A program made the translations under genes and the position numbers. A stretch of DNA of 63,542 bases, counting the filler, from Octopus bimaculoides (lineage: Eukaryota), in the NCBI RefSeq assembly GCF_001194135.2. It is 4 parts of 3 records of this genome, joined end to end, with 100 filler letters (N's around TTAATTAATTAA, not from the genome) between each part and the next. Parts side by side here need not be neighbours in the genome. Positions count along the whole stretch, not along the records: positions 1 to 29,990 come from NC_069000.1; 3 more parts are not named here. The stretch is one strand, 5' to 3'. The notes under the pieces are model-generated. The model saw only the letters and a list, made by a program, of their open reading frames with translations. It made no database searches and was not told the origin of the DNA. Shown here one piece after another: positions 1 to 12,352 of the stretch; position 1 is the stretch's first letter; each line of letters begins with the position of its first letter.

Positions 1-7
1 ATGTATA

Positions 8-412
8 TACTCTTTTACTCTTTTACTTGTTTCAGTCATTTGACTGCGGCCATGCTGGAGCACCGCCTTTAGTCGAACAAATCGACCCCAGGACTTATTC
101 TTTGTAAGCCTAGTACTTATTCTATCGGTCTCTTTTGCCGAACCGTTAAGTTACGGGGACGTAAACACACCAGCATCGGTTGTCAAGCGATGGTGGGGGG
201 ACAAACACAGACACACAAACACACATACATATATATATATATATATACATATATACGACAGGCTTCTTTCAGTTTCCGTCTACCAAATCCACGCACAAGG
301 CTTTGGTCGGCACGGGGCTATAGTAGAAGACACTTGCCCAAGGTGCCACGCAGTGGGAATGAACTCGGAACAATGTGATTGGTAAGCAAGCTACTTACCA
401 CACAGCTACTCC
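8..412 (-). mobile_element. tRNA-derived SINE, family A (near full length)
   Basis: Reverse strand begins GGAGTAGCTGTGTGGTAAGTAGC (A-box-like), then a B-box-like segment, a CORE-like ACCTTGGGCAAGTG, a central TA/CA microsatellite and the tail GGCGGTGCTCCAGCATGGCCGCAGTCAAATGACTGAAACAAGTAAAAGAG. More than 10 related copies occur in this window. Confidence 0.9.
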
Positions 413-704
413 GTGTATCATTATACGTGTCGTTTTTATTACATTTGTTGTTTTTTTTAATGCCTGGTCTTCCATTAAAGGAGAGTAATAACTTCAACGT
501 ATTAAAAGTACGTTCAGCATTTATTTCCGCTTCAGTGAAAAACTAGCTAATAAGTGAGGCTCATTAATACTTTGAAATCTCCCTGTTTGTTGCTTCGGCA
601 TGCAACAACATGTGTCTAACATATATTAGTAATCTATTTTATAAAGGGCGTCCATGTGTGCATTGTGTGTGGGTGTGGGCTATGTGCATGTATTGTGTAT
701 GTGT

Positions 705-735
<31 letters not shown>

Positions 736-865
736 GTATTAGCGATTATGTGTGTTTGTATGTGTATTTATGTGTAATTCGTGCTTCTTAATATCTTAGT
801 TATAATCTTTTTTCGCCTCCTTTCAAAGAGAGCATTGTTATATTTCAGAATGATTAACATAATAC

Positions 866-866
<1 letters not shown>

Positions 867-896
<30 letters not shown>

Positions 897-1075
897 CTTC
901 TTCTTCTTCTTCTTTTTCTTCTTCTTCTTCTTCTTCTCCTTCTTCTTCTTCTTCTTCTTCTTCTTCTTCTTCTTCTTCTTCTTCTTCTTCTTCTTTTTCT
1001 TCTTCTTCTTTTCCTTCTTTGCCTCCTTCTTCTTCTTCTCCTCCTCCTTCTCCTCCTCCTCCTTTTTTGTCCGTC
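867..1075. repeat. (CTT)n/(CCT)n microsatellite
   Basis: Directly visible trinucleotide run; it explains the poly-F and poly-E ORFs. Confidence 0.97.
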
Positions 1076-1137
1076 GTCTTCATCGTCGTCATATCTCTTA
1101 CTTCTTCTTAACCTTCATCTTCTCCGTCAACTTTTTC

Positions 1138-1183
<46 letters not shown>

Positions 1184-1705
1184 ATAATAATAATAATAAT
1201 AATTTTGTTTTTGCTGTTGTTGTTGTGGTTATTATGTTTATGTTTATTATGTAGTGGTTTGAAGAAATACATGAAGTGTTTCCTTTCTTACATCAAAAAG
1301 GAATTGGTTAGATTTAGGAAAGAAATGCCATAAAAATTCTTCAAAGATAACAAATGGTGTTTCACTCTGCCTTTACAATAAAACTACCAACTCTAATATT
1401 ATTCTTATTTTTTCGAACGTACCCATGTCTATTATCAGTGGTAATATGATTTTTTTTTATCCTAAGGAATTGATCGTATTTCATTCTAGCTATGCATACT
1501 ACAAATATGATACATTAAATGTCACATATGTTATGCTATAATTTTTGTAATTAATTCAATAGATAATTAAAAGAAATTCGTTTGGTAGTGCTCTGGCGAT
1601 AATTTGTATACCATTAAAACCCATGGTCTCATGGTAGTCTCATTATGTGCCTTCACTACTCGCACATTGAGTAAATACATACATATCTACATACATATAC
1701 ATATA

Positions 1706-1765
<60 letters not shown>

Positions 1766-1941
1766 CAGTATATATATATGTATATATGTATGTGTATATA
1801 TTCAGTGTGTATATATATACAGTATGTATATATGTATTATTATACATATATCTAAGCATGCATAAATACATATATATAAATATATACATATGTATATATA
1901 CACGCACATATATATACATATATATATTTACATATATATAC

Positions 1942-2113
1942 TTGTCGATAAATCAAGTACCAGTTACGCAATGGGGTCGACGTTATCGATTTAATCTCTT
2001 CCCTGTTATACGGTCGATAAATTAAGTACCAGTTGGACACTGGAGTCGATGTAATCAACTATCCTCTCCCCCACAAAAAAAAAATTTCAGGCCTTGTGCC
2101 TATAGTAAAAAGG

Positions 2114-2145
<32 letters not shown>

Positions 2146-2150
2146 CATAA
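1942..2150 (+). mobile_element. Two tandem 3' fragments of SINE family B ending in (ATT)n
   Basis: GTCGATAAAT(C/T)AAGTACCAGTT...GG(G/A)GTCGA occurs twice, followed by the tail AATTTCAGGCCTTGTGCCTATAGTAAAAAGGATTATT. Confidence 0.8.
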
Positions 2151-2266
2151 GGATAATGTTTTGTTACACTTTCTGTAATCATTCATTGTTTTTATTTAAA
2201 CTATTATTATTTCTGTTTCTAAATATATTATTCATAAATAACGGTTCAGGAACCGCTGTGTATAAA

Positions 2267-2308
<42 letters not shown>

Positions 2309-2599
2309 CGTGTGTGTGTGTGTGTGTGCTTGTTTATACTTTCTGTTATGTGCTTTGATGTTGTATGTGTTGATGTTTTTGTTGCTGTTGTTGCCGTTGT
2401 TGCTGCTGCTGCTGCTGTTATAGTTGTTAACATTTATGAAACTATTATTGTTTCTGTCTGGAGAGTCTACATTAAATCCATTGTTCGGAAGAGGGGAAAT
2501 AAAGATTATTAATTTTGTATTTTTTTTCCTAAAGAATAAATATGAATATTAAAAAAATTAAACAAAATGTGCAGACAGACACGCAGACACATAGTAAGA

Positions 2600-2603
<4 letters not shown>

Positions 2604-2640
<37 letters not shown>

Positions 2641-2699
2641 CAAAGAGAGTGAGAGAGAGAGATACAAAGCGAGATAGAGACAAGGAGAGCGACAAACGA

Positions 2700-2731
<32 letters not shown>

Positions 2732-3035
2732 AGGCAAAGAGAGAGAGTGACAAAGAGGGGGAGATTGAGACAAAGGGAAAGAGAGACCAAGTTAGAGATT
2801 GACAAAGAGGGAGAGATAGAAAGAAAGGGAGAGAGGTAAGGAGAGAGAGAAAGTGACATAGAGAAATAGAGACAAAGAGAGAGACAAAGTAAAAGAGAGA
2901 GAAAGAGAGAGAGTGACAAAGAGAGAGGGATAGACAAAGAGAGAGAGAAAGAGAGAGAGTGACAGAGAGAGTGAGTGACAAAGAGAGAGAGTGACAAAGT
3001 ATGAGAGAGACAAAAAAGAGAGAGAGAGTGTGTTA
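2604..3035. repeat. GA-rich (GA/GACA) low-complexity tract
   Basis: Degenerate (GA)n with GACAAA interruptions; source of the SL-rich ORFs. Confidence 0.95.
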
Positions 3036-3312
3036 GATAAAAGAAAGAGTGGGAGGAGACTGAATATAAATGCCCATAAAAAACATTTAAATTTACAAAA
3101 ACGAAATGAAAAAAGAAATATAAAAAATGTACCAAAATACATATATATATATATATATACAAAAACAAACCTATAAAAAATATGTATATAAAAAATAAAC
3201 ATTGAAATATCAAGTATACAAAAAAAATGGATATTTTAAAAAGATATAAAAAATATCAAATATGCAAAAAATATATATACTAAAAAAAATACCAAAATAT
3301 ATAAGTTTATAA

Positions 3313-3360
<48 letters not shown>

Positions 3361-3856
3361 CTAAATTTTCAAATATGTATATATAAAAATACCAAATGTG
3401 CAAAAATAACAACTATAAAAATTTTACAAAATTTCCAAATTTACCAAAAATAACAAAAAGTCGCAAATTTGTTGTAATTGACTAAATATATAAACGTTAG
3501 TTCCACAGAACCAGTGACGTTATAAGAGAAACTCAGCGTTCGTAATCCTATTAATTTCTTATCGTTTTTCTCGGAGTCTATGTTGTTGTTCCTCTTTTTT
3601 TTCTCGCAGTTGCTTTTTTTGTTTTTAATTCGTGGATCTCCTCATCGACGTCGTCATTGTCGTTGTGGTTGTTGTTGTTCTTGTTGGTGTTGCAGTTGTA
3701 GCTACCGTTTTTTTTTGTTCTGTCCTTCCTTCCGTTGTTCTTGTTTTTGGCGATGTTGTTTCTTTTATTATTGATGTCATTGCCTATGCTATTGTTGTTG
3801 TTGTTATTGGTGCTGTTGTTGATGCTATGGCTGCGGCTAATTTTGTTGTTGTTGCT

Positions 3857-4460
3857 AAGGCGGCGAGCTGGAAGAACCGTTAGCACGCCGAGCGAAATGC
3901 TTAGCGGTATTTCGTCGGCCGCTACGTTCTGAGTTCAAATTCCGCCGAGGTCGACTTTGCCTTTCATCCTTTCGGGGTCGATTAAATAAGTACTAGTTAT
4001 GCACTGGGGTCGATATAATCGACTTAATCTGTTTGTCTGTCCTTGTTTGTCCCATCTGTGTGTAGCCCCTTGTGGGCAATAACGAAATAAGAAACGTTAG
4101 CACGCCGAGCGAAATGCTTAGCGGTATTTCTCAGTTCAAATTCTGCCGAGGTCGACTTTGCCTTTCATCCTTTCGGGGTCCATAAACTAAGTAAAAGTTG
4201 CGTACTGGGGTCGATCTAATCGACTGGCCCCCTCTCCCAAAATTTCGGGCCTTGTGCCTAGAGTAGAAAAAAAACCTTAGCACACCGGGCGAAATGATTT
4301 GCGGCATTACGTCCGTCTTCACGTTCTGATTCCAAATTCCGTCGAGGTCGACTTTGCCTTTCATCCAATCGGAATCGATAAAATATGTACCAGTTGCGTA
4401 TAGGGGGTCAATGTAATCGACAATTCCCCCTTGTGGTCTTGTGCTAAAATTTGAAACTAA
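3857..4460 (+). mobile_element. Head-to-tail trimer of SINE family B (MetaSINE-like core)
   Basis: Copies start at ~3857, ~4092 and ~4272. Each has GTTAGCACGCCG...GAGTTCAAATTCCGCCGAGG (B-box-like) and GCCTTTCATCCTTTCGGGGTCGA...AAGTAC, which resembles the Meta domain (from memory, not verified). Confidence 0.9.
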
Positions 4461-4645
4461 GGGAAGATAACTTCCTACCATCAAAATTAATTTCGCAGAA
4501 AAGTGAATGCTGATGCTTTACGGAAAATTTTGATGTTTGCGTTGTCACGCAAGATGACGGATGTTTGTCTGTTGCTGTGAGAGTCGGTCTTCTTTGGGTT
4601 TTTTTTGTTTTGTTTTGTTTGTTTGTTTTTTGCTGCTGATGCTGT

Positions 4646-4710
<65 letters not shown>

Positions 4711-4951
4711 TTGTCGAGAAATACGGAATTAATTTATCTGAAAGGTGATTTATCATCTTAAGAAAATATTTCAAGATTTTTCTGTTTTCTATTTTTTTTT
4801 TCTCGCAGAAAAGAAAGAAATTAAATATTAGATTTGGATTAAAATTTTTAAAAAAACTTCAAGCTTAAAATGTAAAAAGAAAAGTATATAAAATAGCAAA
4901 ACATTAAAGAAAATAAGCATGAGAAAAGTTGGAATGAAAACTCTAAGAATA

Positions 4952-5110
4952 AAGAAGAAGAAGAAGAAGAAGAAGAAGAAGAAGAAGAAGAAGAAGAAGA
5001 AGAAGAAGAAGAAGAAGAAGAAGAAGAAGAAGAAGAAGAAGAAGAAGAAGAAGAAGAAGAAGAAGAAGAAGAAGAAGAAGAAGAAGAAGAAGAAGAAGAA
5101 GAAGAAGAAG
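4952..5110. repeat. (GAA)n microsatellite
   Basis: Near-perfect run of about 50 units; source of the poly-K and poly-F ORFs. Confidence 0.98.
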
Positions 5111-5283
5111 ATCGAAAGATAACTTAGGAATGAGAACCCAGTTCGAAATTTCCCCAAGACACCTGATAAAAGGCTGGAGGGTATATCAGCCGAAACGTTG
5201 TGTTAGAAACAAATAAGATGAGGACAAATAATCGTCAAATGTAAGTAATGTATATAATTCCTCATCTCTTAAATATAGAATTG
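5111..5283 (+). mobile_element. Probable Penelope-like pseudo-LTR remnant carrying an HHR
   Basis: Short unique island between (GAA)n and (GAT)n that contains a minimal type I HHR. Minimal HHRs are typical of Penelope-like element LTRs. Boundaries approximate. Confidence 0.55.
5158..5204 (+). ncRNA. Minimal type I hammerhead ribozyme, family 1 (core mutated)
   Basis: GACAC-CUGAUAAAA-GGCUG(GAGGGUAUAU)CAGCC-GAAAC-GUU-GUGUU. Stem I GACAC/GUGUU, 5-bp stem II, loopless palindromic stem III (AACGUU). G8 reads A. Confidence 0.8.
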
Positions 5284-5285
5284 GA

Positions 5286-5352
<67 letters not shown>

Positions 5353-5390
5353 GGACGATGATGATCATGATCATGATGATGATGATGATG

Positions 5391-5609
5391 GAGAAACTGA
5401 GAAAATTTGGAAAATTCAGGATCGAGGTCAAGATATGAAGAGATTGTAGAAAGCGCACGTGACAAATATTCCTGCCGTAATAGGCCGCACTTGGCACAAC
5501 ACCCATCCTATTACTTAAGATATTTGGAACTGTGACTTGTATTAACGACCTACAAAAAAACACCATCCTGGTTTCTAAAAGAATCTTAAGAAAGATTCTT
5601 GAGATTTGA
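5391..5609 (+). pseudogene. RLE non-LTR retrotransposon (R4/Dong-like) C-terminal remnant
   Basis: Across stops and frameshifts: EKLRKFGKFRIEVK..MKRL*KAHVTNIPAVIG-ALGTTP...NDLQKNTILVSKRILRKILEI*. Confidence 0.8.
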
Positions 5610-6631
5610 AGAGATTTGTGGTTTCTAAACATGGCTAGAATTCGCAGACATGTGACATACAATGATTTATGGACGTCTATCACATGGAAGAAACTTGTAG
5701 AAATTTAGAACAGAAAACTTCTGATATTTCTTCTTCAGTAAGGTATTACGTTAAAGCTCCTCAGTCGGATTTTCTATTTCTGTGAAAATCCTCTGTTATA
5801 AAACCAAATCAACGGTCAGGGGAATAGCAAGACTCTAAAATGGGAAATCTAGCACAAACAGACTCTGAACTCGGCCACTGTCAATGTTAACAATCGGATT
5901 GGATTTGTTTGTCGATTTATTTGCAAACGGCAAATTGTTATATTCAATGGTGAAAGGCAAATGTGGTAGCATTATAAGGTCACAGGTTAGAACACACAGC
6001 TTATAACTTATTCGAGAATTAAATTTGCATTTATAACTACATCTATAGGGAGCAGACAACGACACTTCCACACGAACATGGATATATCCGCGTACACACA
6101 CACACAAACAAATATACACACATACATATATATATANNNNNNNNNNNNNNNNNNNNNNNNNNNNNNNNNNNNNNNNNNNNNNNNNNNNNNNNNNNNNNNN
6201 NNNNNNNNNNNNNNNNNNNNNNNNNNNNNNNNNNNNNNNNNNNNNNNNNNNNNNNNNNNNNNNNNNNNNNNNNNNNNNNNNNNNNNNNNNNNNNNNNNNN
6301 NNNNNNNNNNNNNNNNNNNNNNNNNNNNNNNNNNNNNNNNNNNNNNNNNNNNNNNNNNNNNNNNNNNNNNNNNNNNNNNNNNNNNNNNNNNNNNNNNNNN
6401 NNNNNNNNNNNNNNNNNNNNNNNNNNNNNNNNNNNNNNNNNNNNNNNNNNNNNNNNNNNNNNNNNNNNNNNNNNNNNNNNNNNNNNNNNNNNNNNNNNNN
6501 NNNNNNNNNNNNNNNNNNNNNNNNNNNNNNNNNNNNNNNNNNNNNNNNNNNNNNNNNNNNNNNNNNNNNNNNNNNNNNNNNNNNNNNNNNNNNNNNNNNN
6601 NNNNNNNNNNNNNNNNNNNNNNNNNNNNNNN

Positions 6632-6667
<36 letters not shown>

Positions 6668-7795
6668 GCACACAGTCATACAAATATTTCAATATCTTGA
6701 AATGAAGCTGCTCATGGCTAAAATCTTTATCTGTCTAACAAGCTTAATCTTCGCATATCATAGAAAGACATGAGGTTATAACAGTGTTAGTCCAGGAAAA
6801 AATCCTTTAAGACGCCTCCTGGAATTGCTATGATACGCACACATTAGATAATTCGTCTCGATAAAGATTTTACTTTCGGGCTGGTTCTACTGAAGGAATT
6901 TTGCATTTTGTTCAGCTTAACCGGTGTATTTAATACCTATGATTAATTATTTTCACTAACTCTGTGTACTTTAGAGTGTACACATATACATACATATATC
7001 CACTTCCTTCTCTTCTTCTTCTCTTCTTCCTGCTATTCTTCCCCCCTCTCCTTATTCGTCCTCTTCTTCCTTTTCTTTTTTTCTTCTTCTACTACTACCG
7101 CTACTACTTTTCTTTAATCGCTACAGCATTTTATGCATTTACGCTTCCACGAAAATATTAGTTTTATACGTTTCAGAGAAAGCAAATCAGTCTCTTAATC
7201 AACCAAGATTTTCAATTTTGCGTTCGTTAAGTCTCATGAAGGTTTTGTGTAATTAGAACGACGTTTGTTCATTAATCTAACTGTGTATCGAGAATTAATC
7301 AACCAACAGAGTCGAATTCACAATTTAAAATGAGATTCAGAGTTGCGATTAGCAATCAAATATCTCTAAAATAGAGTCCTGGTGTTGTCTGTGAAATGGA
7401 ATGAGACAACTGTAACCCTTGAGTTATTTGCTTTTATTTTTGTTTAAATTGTGCAAGCTAACTGGGTCATAATGTGTTTTGACAATTGTCATGCCCATGA
7501 CGGTTACTGAGCCAGAAACATGTGTGTACAACTGTCGTCTTATTTCTAGAAAATAATTCTGTCTATATATAAATATATATATATAGGTTATGAGCGAAAA
7601 TGGTGTCAATTAGACTCAGAGGTTTTAGGTAATGCTGAGTAAGTGCTGTGGATAGACCATAGTTAAGCTCCAGATTCGGTGATTATGCAAATAAGGGGTC
7701 CAACGTAGGTCATATATCAGCGTATGAATATAAGGATTTCGTAATGAGATTAAAAAAAACCAAGGCTGTGTATAATATAGAACATTTATAAATAG

Positions 7796-7843
7796 GTCTT
7801 ACAGCTGTTTCCAGGATATTTATTATATCCCTTCATCGAAGAC
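7796..7843 (-). ncRNA. Minimal type I HHR, family 2 (left arm; first core box UCGAUGA)
   Basis: Reverse strand GUCU-UCGAUGA-AGGGAUAU(AAUAA)AUAUCCUG-GAAAC-AGCUGUA-AGAC. Confidence 0.7.
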
Positions 7844-7914
7844 GGTGTGAGAGGTTGGTTAAGCAATAGTTAGGAAGTGACTAACTAACTATTGCTTAAC
7901 CACCCTCTCACACC

Positions 7915-7962
7915 ATCTCCGATGAAGGGATATAATAAATATCCTAAAAACAGCTGTAAGAC
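7915..7962 (+). ncRNA. Minimal type I HHR, family 2 (right arm; core degenerate)
   Basis: AUCU-CCGAUGA-AGGGAUAU(AAUAA)AUAUCCUA-AAAAC-AGCUGUA-AGAC. G12 reads A. Confidence 0.6.
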
Positions 7963-9434
7963 CTATTTATAAATGTTCTATATTATACACAGCCTTGGAT
8001 TTTTATCTCATTACGAAATCCTTATNNNNNNNNNNNNNNNNNNNNNNNNNNNNNNNNNNNNNNNNNNNNNNNNNNNNNNNNNNNNNNNNNNTATATATAT
8101 ATATATATATACAGAGGGCAAAGAATAATAAATTGTCGTCTAAATTACGCAAAAGTTAAAATAGCACTGACTTCTCATTGTAACGATATATTTACTAAAA
8201 TTACGTTAAAATATCTTGAAATATTAAAGAGCTAATTTATTTAATAAAATCGCCATTTGCTTCAACCACGGCCTCCGGATGACTTCGGAATTTCCAGCAA
8301 CTCTTCTGGCATGTACGTCTGTATGTACGTATGGAATATTCCTGAATTCGTGGTAAAGAAGCATTTTCAGACCAGAAAAAGGTACAACTTTTTGTATCTT
8401 ATCATTGCGTTAAAGAAATATGCAGGTTATCTCGACGTAACATTTGTTCACCAGTCAATAAATATTCATTGTCACTTTATGACAATTACAGTTTTACGTG
8501 GAAAACTACATAACACAACATAGCACATAAAACTGAAATTACTTGTGTCGATGATTCACAACAATTCGGAGTAACGCTTGCAACAATGGTCACCTAAGAG
8601 AGTGTTAGCCATTCGAACGGTCTCAATTATATATTCATAACTTTATTTTATAATTCGCAACTTCTTGCTATTCATCATTTATGGAAATGTGCGCTGCTAA
8701 AAATTACGACCATTTATATATTTCCCAAATACACTCGCTCTTCCCACTTTGTTTATTCGTAATCTCATATTCTGCATCCATCCATCTCTAACGAGTCCAG
8801 AAGCGTCAGTATTTGCACATACATTCATACGCACGCGCATACACGTATATAGAATGTTACTTGCAAAGTTACACGTCATCGAGTAAGAAAAGATATATGA
8901 CGCACACATACCTATATTGAGGTATGTTATACATAAATATATTTATACAGATATATATGTGCATATGTGCATGCGTTTGTGCGTTTGTGTGTGTGTCTAC
9001 ATAAATATATAAATATAGACATATATATATATATATANNNNNNNNNNNNNNNNNNNNNNNNNNNNNNNNNNNNNNNNNNNNNNNNNNNNNNNNNNNNNNN
9101 NNNNNNNNNNNNNNNNNNNNNNNNNNNNNNNNNNNNNNNNNNNNNNNNNNNNNNNNNNNNNNNNNNNNNNNNNNNNNNNNNNNNNNNNNNNNNNNNNNNN
9201 NNNNNNNNNNNNNNNNNNNNNNNNNNNNNNNNNNNNNNNNNNNNNNNNNNNNNNNNNNNNNNNNNNNNNNNNNNNNNNNNNNNNNNNNNNNNNNNNNNNN
9301 NNNNNNNNNNNNNNNNNNNNNNNNNNNNNNNNNNNNNNNNNNNNNNNNNNNNNNNNNNNNNNNNNNNNNNNNNNNNNNNNNNNNNNNNNNNNNNNNNNNN
9401 NNNNNNNNNNNNNNNNNNNNNNNNNNNNNNNNNN

Positions 9435-9469
<35 letters not shown>

Positions 9470-9493
9470 ACATACATATATTGATTCAAGTTC

Positions 9494-9529
<36 letters not shown>

Positions 9530-10660
9530 ATGTATACGTATATATATATTTATAAATATATATATGTGCATGTATATATATATACATATATAAATATGTG
9601 TGTGTGTATATATATGTATGTATGTATGTATAATACCGATAGATAAGACAAAAGGATACAAAATTGATGCGAATGCAAAAAAGTGCAGAAGTGTTAAACA
9701 GAAAAATAATTCTTCACTTACTCTCTCTCTCCCTCTCTCACACCCTCTATTTCTTTCTTTCTCTCTTTTTCCCTATCACTCATACAAACAAGCGTACGCA
9801 CGCACACACGCACACACACATATACAACACACGTGCACGTGTGCATACGTGCACTCTCTGTTGCATACATACGCACAATATGAAAAATAAAGAAGTGAAA
9901 GAAAATGATACATTGAATATGGGAATGCTAGCGGGTTGAAGAAGAAGAATGGTTCGAAAGAGATGGATGAAAATGAATGATTCCAAAGTTATTTTAATAA
10001 TTAATAATTAATTTCATTGTAGTTAACTCCAACATTCTATTCCTGCCATATTTATGCTGTGTTTAAATGCAAATTTAAACTTATTTATTCAGCAGAAGCA
10101 AAACTCCAATATCTTTAATTTATTTCAGAATAATAGTCATACTAACAAGGTGGCAACAGCATCTAAAAGGGGAACGCCGAGCATGACTACATTTTGGTAT
10201 GTAAATGTGTATGTAGGTCCATGCATGCATATATATATATATATATATATATATANNNNNNNNNNNNNNNNNNNNNNNNNNNNNNNNNNNNNNNNNNNNN
10301 NNNNNNNNNNNNNNNNNNNNNNNNNNNNNNNNNNNNNNNNNNNNNNNNNNNNNNNNNNNNNNNNNNNNNNNNNNNNNNNNNNNNNNNNNNNNNNNNNNNN
10401 NNNNNNNNNNNNNNNNNNNNNNNNNNNNNNNNNNNNNNNNNNNNNNNNNNNNNNNNNNNNNNNNNNNNNNNNNNNNNNNNNNNNNNNNNNNNNNNNNNNN
10501 NNNNNNNNNNNNNNNNNNNNNNNNNNNNNNNNNNNNNNNNNNNNNNNNNNNNNNNNNNNNNNNNNNNNNNNNNNNNNNNNNNNNNNNNNNNNNNNNNNNN
10601 NNNNNNNNNNNNNNNNNNNNNNNNNNNNNNNNNNNNNNNNNNNNNNNNNNNNNNNNNNNN

Positions 10661-10696
<36 letters not shown>

Positions 10697-12310
10697 TAAA
10701 TATAATGACAATCAAGCTAGGCAAGTCGATTTTCACAGCATATAAAATGCATTTACTAGAATTAATATACGTGTGTTATGAATATAAATTAGTCCTATTT
10801 ACGGAATATAAATGATGTCCAGAGTGAAATGGGTAGATCTTTAGGAGTCCAACAACTGTACCTAGGGCCTTGGTAGTCCGGAACAATGATAGTTACTTGC
10901 ATCCATTAATGGATAACACCATCTATGTATATTCATGTACGAACTTTTAACGATTGATCGATGGCACGCTCAGAGTGTACCATAACTCCGTGTCAGTAAC
11001 GTAGGACGAACATATATGTGGCAACAAGAATTCCTATGAATAATAGCTAATTCACAACAAATGTCTGAAAACCAGAAGGACACAACTGGGAACGTAATCT
11101 AAGAAAATTAGAAGCTTTGGTGGCATTCCGAAAGGTTTTGATCAAAAAAAAGGTTTATTTATACTCGACAAGAAACGACATAACAAACAATAATAAAAGA
11201 AAAAAATACTCACACAAACACCCATTAAAACTTATATTTCTTGAAAAGGAATTAACATAAAAGTTAATAATTGTCCTTAAGATTTAAATTATCATTGATT
11301 AAGATATATTTATACCTCACATCATTGAATATGTAAGCGCTCTTAACTAGATATAGAAATGTGTTGTGGGGTGCGTAGAGATATGTGCCCGTATGCTTGT
11401 CTTTAGCTGTTGTATGTTCTTGTGCGTGCATATGTCTTATTTCTGTGTATGTTTGTAATGACAAAAATAGCATCGTTGCTATCAACAATTAGTTTTCTTT
11501 CAAATCGATGTATTGAGTGAATTGGATCGAGGGTATTTTGGGATTTAAATATGTATATGTATGTATGTATATATGTATGTATGAATGTATGCATATGTAT
11601 GTGTGTGTGTCTGCGTATATATGTGTGTATATGTGTGTAGAGAGATAGATACATAGATACATGTATATATATGCATATATATACATATATACGTATATGT
11701 TTGTGTATATATGTATATATAGATACATACATATGAAATTATATGTATATATATTTACATATATATATATATATATANNNNNNNNNNNNNNNNNNNNNNN
11801 NNNNNNNNNNNNNNNNNNNNNNNNNNNNNNNNNNNNNNNNNNNNNNNNNNNNNNNNNNNNNNNNNNNNNNNNNNNNNNNNNNNNNNNNNNNNNNNNNNNN
11901 NNNNNNNNNNNNNNNNNNNNNNNNNNNNNNNNNNNNNNNNNNNNNNNNNNNNNNNNNNNNNNNNNNNNNNNNNNNNNNNNNNNNNNNNNNNNNNNNNNNN
12001 NNNNNNNNNNNNNNNNNNNNNNNNNNNNNNNNNNNNNNNNNNNNNNNNNNNNNNNNNNNNNNNNNNNNNNNNNNNNNNNNNNNNNNNNNNNNNNNNNNNN
12101 NNNNNNNNNNNNNNNNNNNNNNNNNNNNNNNNATACAATAGCTTACGGCTCTTCCTTCACACTATTTTGAATATCCTAGCAAAATGGACGACTTCAAGTT
12201 TCCTGAATGTCGCGAACAACTCAACATTTATAGAAAAATTATATTTCTGATTCCTCAGGCCCAGCTCATCCAATCTACTTAACCTCTGTTATTGTCTAAT
12301 TTGAACGCCT

Positions 12311-12352
<42 letters not shown>

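Larger units (their letters stand above)
7730..8025. repeat. 296-bp near-perfect inverted repeat made of two HHR-bearing arms
   Basis: Arms ~7730-7873 and ~7885-8025 are reverse complements with about 6 substitutions and one short indel. The right arm runs into an N-gap. Confidence 0.95.

Noticed and set aside
190-378. Recurrent peptide RRASFSFRLPNP...RGYSRRHL (also at 38626 and 59312)
   Set aside because: It is the antisense translation of SINE family A, not a gene family.
4498-4577. Possible + exon KVNADALRKILMFALSRKMTDVCLL
   Set aside because: Short, with modest splice sites and no recognisable homology; expected by chance.
7165-7200. Minus-strand CUGAUUUG...GAAACGUA
   Set aside because: First core box is broken and there is no stem II or stem I.
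8259-8359. Imperfect ~100-nt hairpin (pre-miRNA-like)
   Set aside because: Large asymmetric bulge and only short helices.
10129-10196. Possible 68-nt + exon (TTATTTCAG ... TTG|GTATGT)
   Set aside because: Good-looking splice sites but a low-information peptide and no supportable exon chain; needs RNA-seq.
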